Positions 8,813 to 17,989 of a DNA stretch of 50,015 bases are shown here, one piece after another. Source of the stretch: Candidatus Velesiimonas alkalicola. GTDB taxonomy: Bacteria > Omnitrophota > Gorgyraeia > Velesiimonadales > Velesiimonadaceae. The translations under genes were made by a program, and so were the position numbers. How positions within the stretch are numbered: the first letter of the stretch is position 1; every line of letters begins with the position of its first letter. A model generated the notes under the pieces. The model saw only the letters and a list, made by a program, of their open reading frames with translations, searched no databases and was not told the origin of the DNA. The DNA is taken from contig NDHX01000010.1 in the NCBI GenBank assembly GCA_013626165.1, positions 1 to 50,015 on the forward strand, given 5' to 3'.

Positions 8813-10732
8813 CTACTGAACAGTTATCTGTGATTGTATCTTTTCAAATCTAATCTTTCCTATACCTTTAACATTGGTTATATCTTCTATACGGTTAAAT
8901 TTTCCCTGTTTCTCTCTGTATTCAATTATTCTGCCTGCAAGTGTTTTGCCAATACCGGGTAGACCCATCAACTTTTTAATACTTGCATTGTTTATGTTCA
9001 CTTTACTAATAACAATATCCCATCTTCCTGTTTGGACAGATTGAATCTTACCAACTCCTTTAACATATTCAACAATTGCATCCCTTATAAGAATCTCAGG
9101 TGGTGGCTTAGAACGACGGTATAAATGATCTGCAACGATATTTGCAGTCATTGAAATGAAAAACTGACGATGTGAAAATTTAAAACGACGGTATAGATGA
9201 TCAATAACCACTCTAACATATTCAACAATCGCATCCCTTATAAGAACCTCAGGCGGTGGCTTAGAACGACGGTATAAACGACGGTAGAAAAAATTGCTAA
9301 GCGCAACCCTGTATAGGTCCTTTCCCTCAGGCAATTCGGGCAAAGAAATATTTAGGACTCTATGGCCCCGCTTTTTAGAAATATCCCATCTTACACTTAT
9401 TCCGCTTATCAGGAGCGATATATCTGCCCTATCAAGAGATTTTTCCAAAATCTGTTTTAATCTGTCCTCATCCATCTGGACAGATACTATACTATCTTCA
9501 AACGGGAATATGTAGAACATATCCCTTAAAGTAATCTCACCACTCGGCAGTCCATACCTTACTGTGCTGCTTGAGATAATTGATATATCTGAACCGGATA
9601 TTTGTCTTATGGCATCTGCAACAAAATTACCAGCGGGATGTTCTACTCCACGCTTTCTCCACAAGTGAACATCAGATTTTCCTATAACAGTATCATAATT
9701 TTTTGCCCTGAAAGATTCGGCCTCTGACAAAATATCTTTATCTGGAGGATATAATTCTGGTTTAAGTTCAACAAGACTATACTTATAACTAATGATTCTG
9801 TTTAGGTCCGTGTCAATCTGTATATCAAGCCTTCCTATTCTTTGTCCATATGCTCCTGCCTGACATATAAGTGTGGGAAGACGGCCTACCTTTAACGGCT
9901 CTTCAAAAATTTTGTGGTCATGTCCTCCTAATATAACATCTATATTATCAAATCTATTTGCAAGGGCTATATCACCTTTGGAACCTAAATGCGAAAGTAC
10001 AATACAGATATCAAACTGTTTTCCCTTTTCCTTAAGAATATCTTTTAATATCGGTTCCGGATTGACAAACTTTATACCTTTAACATTTGCAGGGTCATTC
10101 ATAAATGCAGTTCCAGGATGAGAAATACCGACAACCCTTATCCTCAGACCCCGGACATCAAAGTCTTTATAAGGCTTAATATAATCAGGTTGCACTTCAA
10201 ACCTTCGTAAAAATATATTACAGGAAAGAAATGGAAAACTTGCAATTCTCTCTAAAAATGAAAGCCTGCGTTCTGAATATGCAAAATCATGATTACCGAT
10301 TGCCACTGCATCATAACCGGCACTGCTTAAAAGCCTTATCATTGTCTCTCCTTTTGTTTTCTTATCCTCTGGGCTTCCTTCAAGAAAGTCCCCGCTGTCA
10401 AAGACCAAAAGTGGTATACCCCTGAGTTGTTTTTCTACATTTTTTATATATCCGTATATTGCCGCAAGCCCACCTGAATATTCTCCTGTTTTTATATCCT
10501 TCATCGGCAGTATATGGCCGTGTATATCATTTGTATGCAAAATAGTAAGCTGTTTATATTCAGAATATAAAAAACCCTGAAAAAGAACAAGATAAAATAT
10601 AAAAAGCAAGACTCTTTTGAAGAGTCTGCTGTGTGACCCACTCAGGATCTGGTGCGCAACCTTGTGTGGTGAGTGCTCACAGTCCCTATATGCTGGAAAA
10701 AACCTCATCAAGAATCCCAATTCCTTGATCAA
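8813..10732 (-). CDS. Secreted 5'-nucleotidase/metallophosphoesterase (UshA-like) fused to a C-terminal ComEA helix-hairpin-helix domain; true start uncertain, probably near 10620
   Basis: ILHTNDIHG, DSGD, GNHDF, LSHLG, GGHDH motifs; C-terminus KVNINNASIKKLMGLPGIGKTLAGRIIEYREKQGKF; signal-like RVLLFIFYLVLFQGFLYS. The ORF-track start overlaps argD. Confidence 0.85.
   Translation of the reverse strand: MIKELGFLMRFFPAYRDCEHSPHKVAHQILSGSHSRLFKRVLLFIFYLVLFQGFLYSEYKQLTILHTNDIHGHILPMKDIKTGEYSGGLAAIYGYIKNVEKQLRGIPLLVFDSGDFLEGSPEDKKTKGETMIRLLSSAGYDAVAIGNHDFAYSERRLSFLERIASFPFLSCNIFLRRFEVQPDYIKPYKDFDVRGLRIRVVGISHPGTAFMNDPANVKGIKFVNPEPILKDILKEKGKQFDICIVLSHLGSKGDIALANRFDNIDVILGGHDHKIFEEPLKVGRLPTLICQAGAYGQRIGRLDIQIDTDLNRIISYKYSLVELKPELYPPDKDILSEAESFRAKNYDTVIGKSDVHLWRKRGVEHPAGNFVADAIRQISGSDISIISSSTVRYGLPSGEITLRDMFYIFPFEDSIVSVQMDEDRLKQILEKSLDRADISLLISGISVRWDISKKRGHRVLNISLPELPEGKDLYRVALSNFFYRRLYRRSKPPPEVLIRDAIVEYVRVVIDHLYRRFKFSHRQFFISMTANIVADHLYRRSKPPPEILIRDAIVEYVKGVGKIQSVQTGRWDIVISKVNINNASIKKLMGLPGIGKTLAGRIIEYREKQGKFNRIEDITNVKGIGKIRFEKIQSQITVQ
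9061..9278. repeat. Intragenic 65 bp direct repeat
   Basis: 9061-9125 versus 9214-9278: 62/65 identical, 153 bp (51 codon) offset. Confidence 0.9.
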
Positions 10733-11864
10733 TCTGTTTTTTGGTTACAACAAGCGCAGGCATAAGACGAAGAACATTTCCTTGCGTGCAATTTATAAGA
10801 AGTTTTTTTTCAAAACACTTTTCAACAATTGTTTTACCCTGACATTTAAGTTCAATTCCAATTATTAAGCCAATACCCCTGACTTCTTTTATTATTTGAT
10901 GTTTTATCTTTAACAGGCCAACCTTTTCAAAGATATACTCTGACATTTTTAAAACATTTGAAAGAAGGTGTTCTTTCTCTATTGCCTTAAATACAGCAAG
11001 AGAAGCCGCACATACCAGAGGACTACCTCCAAAGGTTGAGGCATGCATCCCGGGACTTAAAACATCACATACCTTTTTTGATGCAACAACCGCACCTATT
11101 GGAAGTCCTCCGCCAAGTGTTTTTGCAAGTGTCATTATATCCGGCTTTATTTCGTAGTGTTGATATGCAAACATTTTTCCGGTTCTTCCCATGCCGGTCT
11201 GAACCTCATCAAATATAAGAAGTATATTCTTTTTATCGCATATCTGTCTTATCTGGTTCAGGTATTCTTTCTGTGCAACATTTATTCCGCCCTCACCCTG
11301 TATGGGTTCAACTATTATTCCCACTGTTTTATCCGTTATGGCATTTTGGACTGCAAAAATATCATTGAACGGAACAGTTTTAAATCCTTCGGGCAGGGGT
11401 TCAAAACATTTTTTATATTTTTCCTGTCCCGTCATTGTAAGTGTTGCAAGTGTCCTTCCATGAAAAGAGTTCTGCATTGAAATTATCTGATACCTGTCTG
11501 GATTGCCAAATGCTCTTGAAATTTTTATTGCCCCCTCATTTGCCTCTGCACCACTGTTACAAAAAAATACCCTTCCTGGAAAACTTTTTTCTATTATTTT
11601 TTTTGCAAGTTTTCCCTGTTGGACAGAGTAATAGTTATTGGAAATGTGTATAATTTTTCTTACCTGATCTTTTACAGCAGAAACAACCATCGGATGGCAG
11701 TGTCCAATACCGCTTACGGCCCAACCGGGGAAAAAATCAAGGTATTTATTACCTTTTAAATCAATAAGTTCGCATCCGCGTCCTCTTACAAAAACAGCAA
11801 GGTGCCTTGCATATGTTCCCATCACATATTGCTCAAATGTTCTTAAAATCTCTTCATACTGCAT
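10686..11864 (-). CDS. argD: Acetylornithine aminotransferase
   Basis: FFCNSGAEANE, SFHGRT, EPIQGEGG, DEVQTGMGRTG, TLAKTLGGG; upstream of argF and argG. Confidence 0.93.
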   Translation of the reverse strand: MQYEEILRTFEQYVMGTYARHLAVFVRGRGCELIDLKGNKYLDFFPGWAVSGIGHCHPMVVSAVKDQVRKIIHISNNYYSVQQGKLAKKIIEKSFPGRVFFCNSGAEANEGAIKISRAFGNPDRYQIISMQNSFHGRTLATLTMTGQEKYKKCFEPLPEGFKTVPFNDIFAVQNAITDKTVGIIVEPIQGEGGINVAQKEYLNQIRQICDKKNILLIFDEVQTGMGRTGKMFAYQHYEIKPDIMTLAKTLGGGLPIGAVVASKKVCDVLSPGMHASTFGGSPLVCAASLAVFKAIEKEHLLSNVLKMSEYIFEKVGLLKIKHQIIKEVRGIGLIIGIELKCQGKTIVEKCFEKKLLINCTQGNVLRLMPALVVTKKQIDQGIGILDEVFSSI

Positions 11865-11870
11865 ACTATA

Positions 11871-11959
11871 ATTCTACTTTATAGTCTGAAGAAATGCAAG
11901 AAAACAAATCAGGTCCTTTTAAAAAATAACTTGACTATGAATTATTTTTTCAGTAGAAT
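11871..11959. promoter_or_regulatory. Divergent sigma70-type promoters for argD (leaderless) and the HD-GYP gene
   Basis: Minus strand: TTGCAT(11899-11894)-17-TAGAAT(11876-11871)-6 nt-ATG. Plus strand: TTGACT(11931)-17-TAGAAT(11954-11959), ATG at 11971. Confidence 0.65.
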
Positions 11960-11970
11960 ATTTTCTGCTT

Positions 11971-13548
11971 ATGAGAAATTCTATTCAGACCAAAACAGAA
12001 CAAATAACAGAAACAATAAGAAGGACTCTTGATGGCCTTGGTGCTCAAAGAGGTTTTCTTATGATAATGGACGACAAAACCGGATGTCTTAAGGTAAGGG
12101 TTTCCTGTTCAATGGACCCAGCACACAATATACCTCGGCATACTATTAGCAGTATACCCATATGTAAAAGGCTCGCCGGTGTTGTGGCAAAAACACAAAA
12201 GCCGATTCTTATAAACAATATAGATGAAGTCTTTAAAAAATATCCGACAATAGTTAAAAAAACAGATTTAAAAAAACATCAAAGTTCAATTCTAATTCCC
12301 ATAATAGAAAAAGGTAGGACCGTTGCTGTTCTTAATATAAATGATAAGAAGCAGGGCAAGCATTGGACAAAAAAGGATTTAAATACTGCACAAACTCTTG
12401 CGCATTACTGCGGAATGGCCTTACAGTGGGAAAAGAAAAACAAAGAACTACTCCATATAACTGAGATTGCCAGAGAGATAAGCAGTACAGATGATATGGA
12501 AGCCATATATAAGTTGGTTGTCAAGAAAGGAGCAGAACTGCTGCACTGCAAAGATGTATCTCTTATGCTTGCAGAAGAAATAGATAAACACTACGCACTT
12601 ATTGTAAAAGAAAGTATAAACCCAAAGGTTATTGGACAGATAAGAAAACCTGGAGAAGGTGTATCCGGATATGTATGGAAAACAGGAAAGCCTGTACTTG
12701 TAAAATCAATAGAAAAAGCATCCGCAAGCAAAAGATTTGAAATACTTAATAAACCTGGTTCTTTTATTGTGGTGCCGTTAAATATCAGATACAAGACATC
12801 TTATGCATTAAATATCTCACTTAAATCAAGGCCCACCATCGGAGTTCTTAATTTCACAAACAAATATGACGGCTCAGAATTTACAGAAAATGACCTTGAG
12901 GGTATTATTACATATGTAAATCTTGTGCTCATTGCAATTGAAAAAACACATTTTTATACAGAGGCAAAGTCAGGATACTTGGGCACTATAAAAACATTAT
13001 GCTCCATAATTGAAGCAAGGGATAAATATGTAAAAGGACATTCAGATAGTGTAGTAACCTATTCTATTGAAATGGCCGCACGGCTGAAACTTAGCAAAGA
13101 AAAAGTGGCAGACCTACAATTTGCAGGGCTTTTACATGATATAGGAAAGGTTGCCATCCCGGATGCAATATTAAACAAACCTTTTCCTCTTAAACTTACA
13201 GACGAAGAATATGCTTGCGTTAAAAAGCATGTAATAGAATCCGAAAGAATACTAAAAGACATTCCTTTCCTGTCAAATGTAAGAAAAATAATAAGGCATC
13301 ATCATGAATGGTTTAATGGTCAAGGATATCCTACCGGTGTTAAAGGAACTAAAATATTGATTGAGGCAAGAATACTATCCATTGCAGATGCCTATGATGC
13401 AATGATATCAGGCAGGGTATATAAACCCGCAATATCAAAAGAATCGGCGATAGAAGAACTAAAAGGATGTAAGGGAACACAATTTGACGCCGAGATAACA
13501 GATGTCTTTATAGAAACATTAAACAATGAATACAGGAGGGTAAAATGA
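11971..13548 (+). CDS. GAF-GAF-HD-GYP protein (c-di-GMP phosphodiesterase)
   Basis: Two GAF-like regions; GHS, LLHDIGK, HHHEWFNGQGYP, RILSIADAYDAM. Confidence 0.88.
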   Translation: MRNSIQTKTEQITETIRRTLDGLGAQRGFLMIMDDKTGCLKVRVSCSMDPAHNIPRHTISSIPICKRLAGVVAKTQKPILINNIDEVFKKYPTIVKKTDLKKHQSSILIPIIEKGRTVAVLNINDKKQGKHWTKKDLNTAQTLAHYCGMALQWEKKNKELLHITEIAREISSTDDMEAIYKLVVKKGAELLHCKDVSLMLAEEIDKHYALIVKESINPKVIGQIRKPGEGVSGYVWKTGKPVLVKSIEKASASKRFEILNKPGSFIVVPLNIRYKTSYALNISLKSRPTIGVLNFTNKYDGSEFTENDLEGIITYVNLVLIAIEKTHFYTEAKSGYLGTIKTLCSIIEARDKYVKGHSDSVVTYSIEMAARLKLSKEKVADLQFAGLLHDIGKVAIPDAILNKPFPLKLTDEEYACVKKHVIESERILKDIPFLSNVRKIIRHHHEWFNGQGYPTGVKGTKILIEARILSIADAYDAMISGRVYKPAISKESAIEELKGCKGTQFDAEITDVFIETLNNEYRRVK

Positions 13549-14219
13549 AAAAACTTGTTATTCTATTATTGGCACTTGCACTGTGGGCGGATCTTGTGTA
13601 TGCAGGAGGCAAAGAAAGATGGGAAAATCTTATTAAAAAATCAGTAGATGTTCTTGATGATATGAATAATATGCCTGATAATGCAATCCCTATTTATTTA
13701 ATAGAAAAATGCAGGGCAATTGCAATATTTCCTGGAACAGTAAGCGGAGGATTTGTTATAGGGGGGAAATTCGGACAGGGTGTGCTACTTGCAAAAAATG
13801 AAAACAAGTGGAGCAGTCCTGCTGTATTTAATATCGTAGGAGGAAGTTTTGGCTGGCAGATAGGAGGAAAGGCAACGGACATTATACTTGTTATTATGGG
13901 GAATGAAAGTCTTGACAGATTTTTAAGGGGAAAGGTTATACTCGGTGCAGGAGCAGCAGCAACAGCAGGACCTCTGGGAAGAAATGCACAAGTCGGAACC
14001 GATATACAGTTTAAGAGCGGCATACTTGCATATTCAAGGGCAAGGGGGCTTTTCGTAGGATTAAAGTTAGAAGGGTGTGTGATTACGGAAAACAAAAATG
14101 CAAATGAATTTCTTTATAAAAAACCTTTGTCCGCAAAAGAAATACTTATAGAATCAAAAGCAGAACCCACAAGGCAGGGAAAGGAACTTATTGCAAAGTT
14201 AAGGGCCTATGGTAAATAA
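13545..14219 (+). CDS. Lipid-binding SYLF/Ysc84 domain exported protein
   Basis: Signal peptide; GGFVIGGKFGQG, GGSFGWQIGG, YSRARGLFVGLKLEG. Confidence 0.85.
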   Translation: MKKLVILLLALALWADLVYAGGKERWENLIKKSVDVLDDMNNMPDNAIPIYLIEKCRAIAIFPGTVSGGFVIGGKFGQGVLLAKNENKWSSPAVFNIVGGSFGWQIGGKATDIILVIMGNESLDRFLRGKVILGAGAAATAGPLGRNAQVGTDIQFKSGILAYSRARGLFVGLKLEGCVITENKNANEFLYKKPLSAKEILIESKAEPTRQGKELIAKLRAYGK

Positions 14220-14421
14220 AACGGGGAAAGATATCTCGAATGTTGCTGAGTTAAAAAATGCAATAAATAATAACACAATAAAACAGGTAAAAAATTTTCT
14301 TAAAAAAATGTGTTCTTCCTTTATGCAATATAATGTTTACAACAATGACTGGTGTGAAAAAACTTGTAAATCCAAATCTTCTACTTGCAGAAGATAGTGT
14401 TGGTAGATCTTCAATATTGAT

Positions 14422-14865
14422 ATGAGCTATATCTTAAAACTTCTTATACATATAGTTTCATTCAGTGCAGTTATATACATTGTTCCTGGTATAAAATCTG
14501 AAAATTGGAAATCTACAATTATTGCTGCAATTGTATTCGGATTTATAAATACATTTTTAAAGCCTCTCATTATCGGTATAACCATTCCATTGACACTTTG
14601 GACATTCGGTCTTTTTTTATTTTTTATAAATACCGTTATGTTCTGGCTTGTATCAGAGTTCGTTCCCGGCTTTACAATCGCAAACCTTTTAAGTGCATTT
14701 TTAGGTTCAATATGTTATAGTTTTATAAGTTTCCTTTTGAATATCTTAATTAAATCAAACGATAAATTTAAGATAAATTTTTATTCTTTTAAACAGAAGA
14801 AGTCAAAAGACAGGCCCATAGATGTTGAATTCTGGGTTGAAGAAGAAAAAACACAAGGCAACTAA
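14422..14865 (+). CDS. YvlD/DUF360 (phage holin 4_2 family) membrane protein
   Basis: Four hydrophobic segments; FGFINTFLKP, TIPLTLWTFGLFLFFIN, VPGF. Confidence 0.8.
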   Translation: MSYILKLLIHIVSFSAVIYIVPGIKSENWKSTIIAAIVFGFINTFLKPLIIGITIPLTLWTFGLFLFFINTVMFWLVSEFVPGFTIANLLSAFLGSICYSFISFLLNILIKSNDKFKINFYSFKQKKSKDRPIDVEFWVEEEKTQGN

Positions 14866-14945
14866 TTGACAGACGACAAACACTGGCGAGCCATCTCATA
14901 GAGCGAAATCTTGCCACGGGCGGACAAGGCGAGACAAGAAAAAAG

Positions 14946-15665
14946 ATGTATTTGTTTGGCAAAAATTCTATTCTTGAAAGATTAAAGAAAAATCCTGAAA
15001 GTATAAGAAAAATATTCTTATGCAAAAACCTTCATAACACAGAAATTTTAGATTTGATAAAATATAATAAGATTCAGGTTTTATATGTAGAAAAAGAGCA
15101 TCTTTTAAGTATAAAAAAAACAGAACGTTTTCAAGGTGTTATTGCGGTTGCAGACGAATTCAAGTACACGGATTTTGAGGACATTTTAAGTAAAAATCTC
15201 TCTATTATTTTCTTGGATGGAATTACCGATCCGAATAACCTTGGGAGCATTATAAGAACCTGTGCAGGGTTTGGGGGATTTGGTCTTGTTATACCAAAAC
15301 ATAGAGCCTGTAATATAAATGAAACTGTATTAAATATAGCATCAGGCGGCGAAAATTATGTTCCAATATCCAGGGTAACAAATCTTTCACAGTCCTTAAA
15401 AAAGGCGAAGGATATGGGTTACTGGATTGCAGGAGGTGTTGTTGAAAACGGAAGAAATCTGTATGATACAAAGATACCGTTCCCTGTATGTTTGGTAGTA
15501 GGTTCAGAGGGTAAGGGAATACACAAAGGTTTATTTAAAGAAATAGATTTAAGACTAACTCTTCCGATGCAGACTTCTCTTTCTTTTAATGTTGCCGTGG
15601 CCTGTGCAATATTCTGTTACGAGATAAAAAGACATTTTGAGAGTGTCGCAAAGCCGCTTACTTAA
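14946..15665 (+). CDS. rlmB: 23S rRNA (Gm2251) methyltransferase, SpoU/TrmH family
   Basis: LDGITDPNNLGSIIRT, VGSEGKG, LPMQTSLSFNVAVA. Confidence 0.88.
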   Translation: MYLFGKNSILERLKKNPESIRKIFLCKNLHNTEILDLIKYNKIQVLYVEKEHLLSIKKTERFQGVIAVADEFKYTDFEDILSKNLSIIFLDGITDPNNLGSIIRTCAGFGGFGLVIPKHRACNINETVLNIASGGENYVPISRVTNLSQSLKKAKDMGYWIAGGVVENGRNLYDTKIPFPVCLVVGSEGKGIHKGLFKEIDLRLTLPMQTSLSFNVAVACAIFCYEIKRHFESVAKPLT

Positions 15666-15716
15666 AACAACGTCAGAACAAAACTGGTTATGCTCACAGA
15701 CTTTACCCTGTATTAT

Positions 15717-15789
15717 GGCGGCGTAGCTCAGGTGGTAGAGCAGGCGGCTCATACCCGCTATGTCGGCCGTTCGAGTCGGCTCGCCGCCA
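15717..15789 (+). tRNA. tRNA with CAT anticodon, most likely elongator tRNA-Met; CCA not encoded
   Basis: Cloverleaf: acceptor GGCGGCG/CGCCGCC, D stem GCTC/GAGC, anticodon loop CTCATAC, T loop TTCGAGT. Confidence 0.9.
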
Positions 15790-15804
15790 CTTCATTCAAG
15801 ATAA

Positions 15805-16776
15805 ATGCAAAACTTAAATAAATCCTTCTTTGAAAATGTAAAAAAAACCATCCTGAAATACAGAATGATAAAAGATAAAGATAATGTTCTTGTTTGTGTA
15901 TCAGGAGGTCCTGATTCTGTTGCTATGTTTTACATCTTGAAAGATTTGGGATACAAAATAAAAACCTGCCACTACAACCATAAATTAAGAGGGAAAGAGT
16001 CTGAAAAAGATGAAGTATTTGTAAAAAATATATGTAGATTATATAATATAAATTGTTTAGTCAGAAAAAATAAAACAAAGACATTAAAATATTCCGAGGA
16101 TACATTAAGAGAAAAAAGATACAATTTCTTTTTAAAAACTGCAAAAAAACAAAACTGTAATACTGTAGCAACAGGACATACATTTGATGACCAGGTAGAA
16201 ACTGTGTTCTTACGGCTAATAAGAGGAACAGGTATTTCTGGGCTTGCAGGAATACCTCCTGTAAGACAGGAATCCGGCATCAGGATTGTAAGACCTTTAA
16301 TTGAAATAAAAAGAAAACAGGTAATAGATTTTCTTACCTCAAACAAGTATGAATACAGGATTGATAAAACAAATTTAGAAAGTAATTTTTTAAGAAACAA
16401 GGTCAGAAATATAATTCTACCATTTATAGAAAAACAGGTTAAAACAGATATAAAAAAAAATATCTTTTATTTATCTTGCATTGCAAGAAATGAAAATAAT
16501 TTTATTGATACAGTTGCAAAAAAACTCCTTAGAAGAATTTCACCCCAAGGGGTTAAAATACCAACACTAAGGATGGACTTAAAAAAATTAAGGAAGATAA
16601 ACCCTGCAATATTAGGGAGAATAATCCGCATAATTTTTAAGGAAAAATTTCAATTAACACTAAATTTTGAGGATATGGAAAGGATTATATTCCTTATCTA
16701 TAACGGCGGACCAAAACTCAATCTTTGTTCAAATACATTTGTATCTATACAAAAAAATTATCTTATAATAAAATAA
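15805..16776 (+). CDS. tilS: tRNA(Ile)-lysidine synthetase, short form
   Basis: VSGGPDS, HYNHKLR, GHTFDDQVET, RPL, RNKVR. Confidence 0.92.
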   Translation: MQNLNKSFFENVKKTILKYRMIKDKDNVLVCVSGGPDSVAMFYILKDLGYKIKTCHYNHKLRGKESEKDEVFVKNICRLYNINCLVRKNKTKTLKYSEDTLREKRYNFFLKTAKKQNCNTVATGHTFDDQVETVFLRLIRGTGISGLAGIPPVRQESGIRIVRPLIEIKRKQVIDFLTSNKYEYRIDKTNLESNFLRNKVRNIILPFIEKQVKTDIKKNIFYLSCIARNENNFIDTVAKKLLRRISPQGVKIPTLRMDLKKLRKINPAILGRIIRIIFKEKFQLTLNFEDMERIIFLIYNGGPKLNLCSNTFVSIQKNYLIIK

Positions 16777-16839
16777 TTTTCCCATTTTGAAACTCATACC
16801 TCTTTTGTCCCAAAGCAGTGGTCGCATGTCCTACCGAGC

Positions 16840-16925
16840 GCCGGGATGGTGGAATTTGGCAGACACGCAAGAATGAGGGTCTTGTGGCGAAAGCTGTGGG
16901 GGTTCAAGTCCCCCTCCCGGCACCA
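16840..16925 (+). tRNA. tRNA-Leu(GAG) with CCA
   Basis: Acceptor GCCGGGA/TCCCGGC, anticodon stem CAAGA/TCTTG with loop ATGAGGG, long variable arm, T loop TTCAAGT. Confidence 0.92.
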
Positions 16926-17117
16926 GTTTGGAAAATAGCATATTGCAAATGGCAGACTGTATCATAAAGTAAAACGGCAAAGACTTGAACCCTAAAAAGG
17001 GGGTGGGGGAAAAAGTATTTTTCCCCCCTTCAAAATAGGAAAAGGAACATTAAGGGAAAAACTTGGTTTTCCCTTAAAGAGCGATAGCGATGGTTCAAGT
17101 TCCCCCTCCCGGCACCA
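16926..17117 (+). mobile_element. tRNA-Leu 3'-end duplication flanking a short hairpin-rich spacer (att-like mini element)
   Basis: GGTTCAAGTTCCCCCTCCCGGCACCA at 17092-17117 repeats the tRNA 3' end with one extra T. Hairpins at 17005-17027 and 17050-17077. Confidence 0.75.
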
Positions 17118-17135
17118 TAGTGTAGGGTTGACCCC

Positions 17136-17782
17136 AAAAGGCAATTTGTCAAATAAACTACTCACTTAAAGATTACTACAATAATAATTCCCCGTCAATG
17201 AAATAATGCCCCGCGCCCTTGGGGCGCTTCCGTATCTCGCTTGCACTGTTCGCCTCGCTGTCGCTCGGCTTGCTTGGTCGCTCGCTTCGTGACAATGCCA
17301 GGCGTATTCGGCTCGGCTTGGCGGCGGCAGCCGTAGCGTCCTCGCTTCAAGTTCTGTTGACACTCAAGAAATAAAAGTTTTTATACGGGCTCGTCCGCTA
17401 TGCCGCAACCAACAAATAAAAAACTCGGCAAGCGCAGCATGCCGAGCCTCTCGCGAACAGCGCTTGAGAAACAACCCGCTTCGGAGCGGGTGTGGTGCGG
17501 GCACGCCCGCCTCATATAGAAAGCAGGGAGAATTTTCAAGGAATGTTTTTTATGCTACATTGATAATTTTTTAAAAATTTCTTTGTAATCTTTAGGTAAT
17601 TCAGACCCTATAAATTGAATAAAGCCTTCTCTATCTAATATTACCACACCAGGCACACCAATAATATTATAAAGCCTGAACACCTCTCCCTTATTATCTA
17701 AAAGTATTTTATAATTTATTCCATATTTGAGAGCGAAGTTCTTTATCTTTAAGTGAGTAGTTTATTTGACAAATTGCCTTTT
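17136..17782. mobile_element. Non-autonomous element bounded by 38 bp perfect inverted repeats (MITE-like)
   Basis: AAAAGGCAATTTGTCAAATAAACTACTCACTTAAAGAT at 17136-17173, exact reverse complement at 17745-17782. No transposase ORF inside. Confidence 0.8.
17555..17746 (-). pseudogene. 3' fragment of a TlpA/redoxin (thioredoxin-fold) gene, cut off by the right inverted repeat
   Basis: My translation: IKNFALKYGINYKILLDNKGEVFRLYNIIGVPGVVILDREGFIQFIGSELPKDYKEIFKKLSM*. No start codon and no CxxC; an in-frame stop lies inside the repeat. Confidence 0.7.
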
Positions 17783-17989
17783 TGGTATTCCTCAGCTGAG
17801 TCGCACCAGAAATTTTCTGCATATGGCTACAAGTAATTCCCCTCTTGTAAAGAAGTGTCTGTAAATACCCCCCGTCAGGCCGAGCCTGCTATCTTCTTTA
17901 CATCTGATCAGGCTTGTCTTGGGGATTTTTGAATTTTCCATCCCATGATTATATTCGTGTTAAGACAGGTGCAACGGGGATACTTTTTC

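Noticed and set aside
14422-14865. Holin-family gene as evidence of a prophage
   Set aside because: YvlD/DUF360 proteins are common chromosomal genes, and no phage genes are nearby.
15717-15789. CAT tRNA next to tilS as tRNA-Ile2 (its substrate)
   Set aside because: The adjacency is tempting, but the acceptor GGCGGCG lacks the C4/C5 pattern of E. coli tRNA-Ile2, and C38 fits elongator Met better. Left as probable Met; tRNAscan-SE isotype models would decide.
15805-16776. tilS as a truncated pseudogene (323 aa)
   Set aside because: Short TilS forms lacking the distal C-terminal domain are known (Aquifex-type), and the catalytic motifs are intact.
17166-17363. 65 aa ORF in the GC-rich block
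   Set aside because: The Arg/Ala/Ser-rich translation of hairpin DNA has no recognisable domain or RBS.
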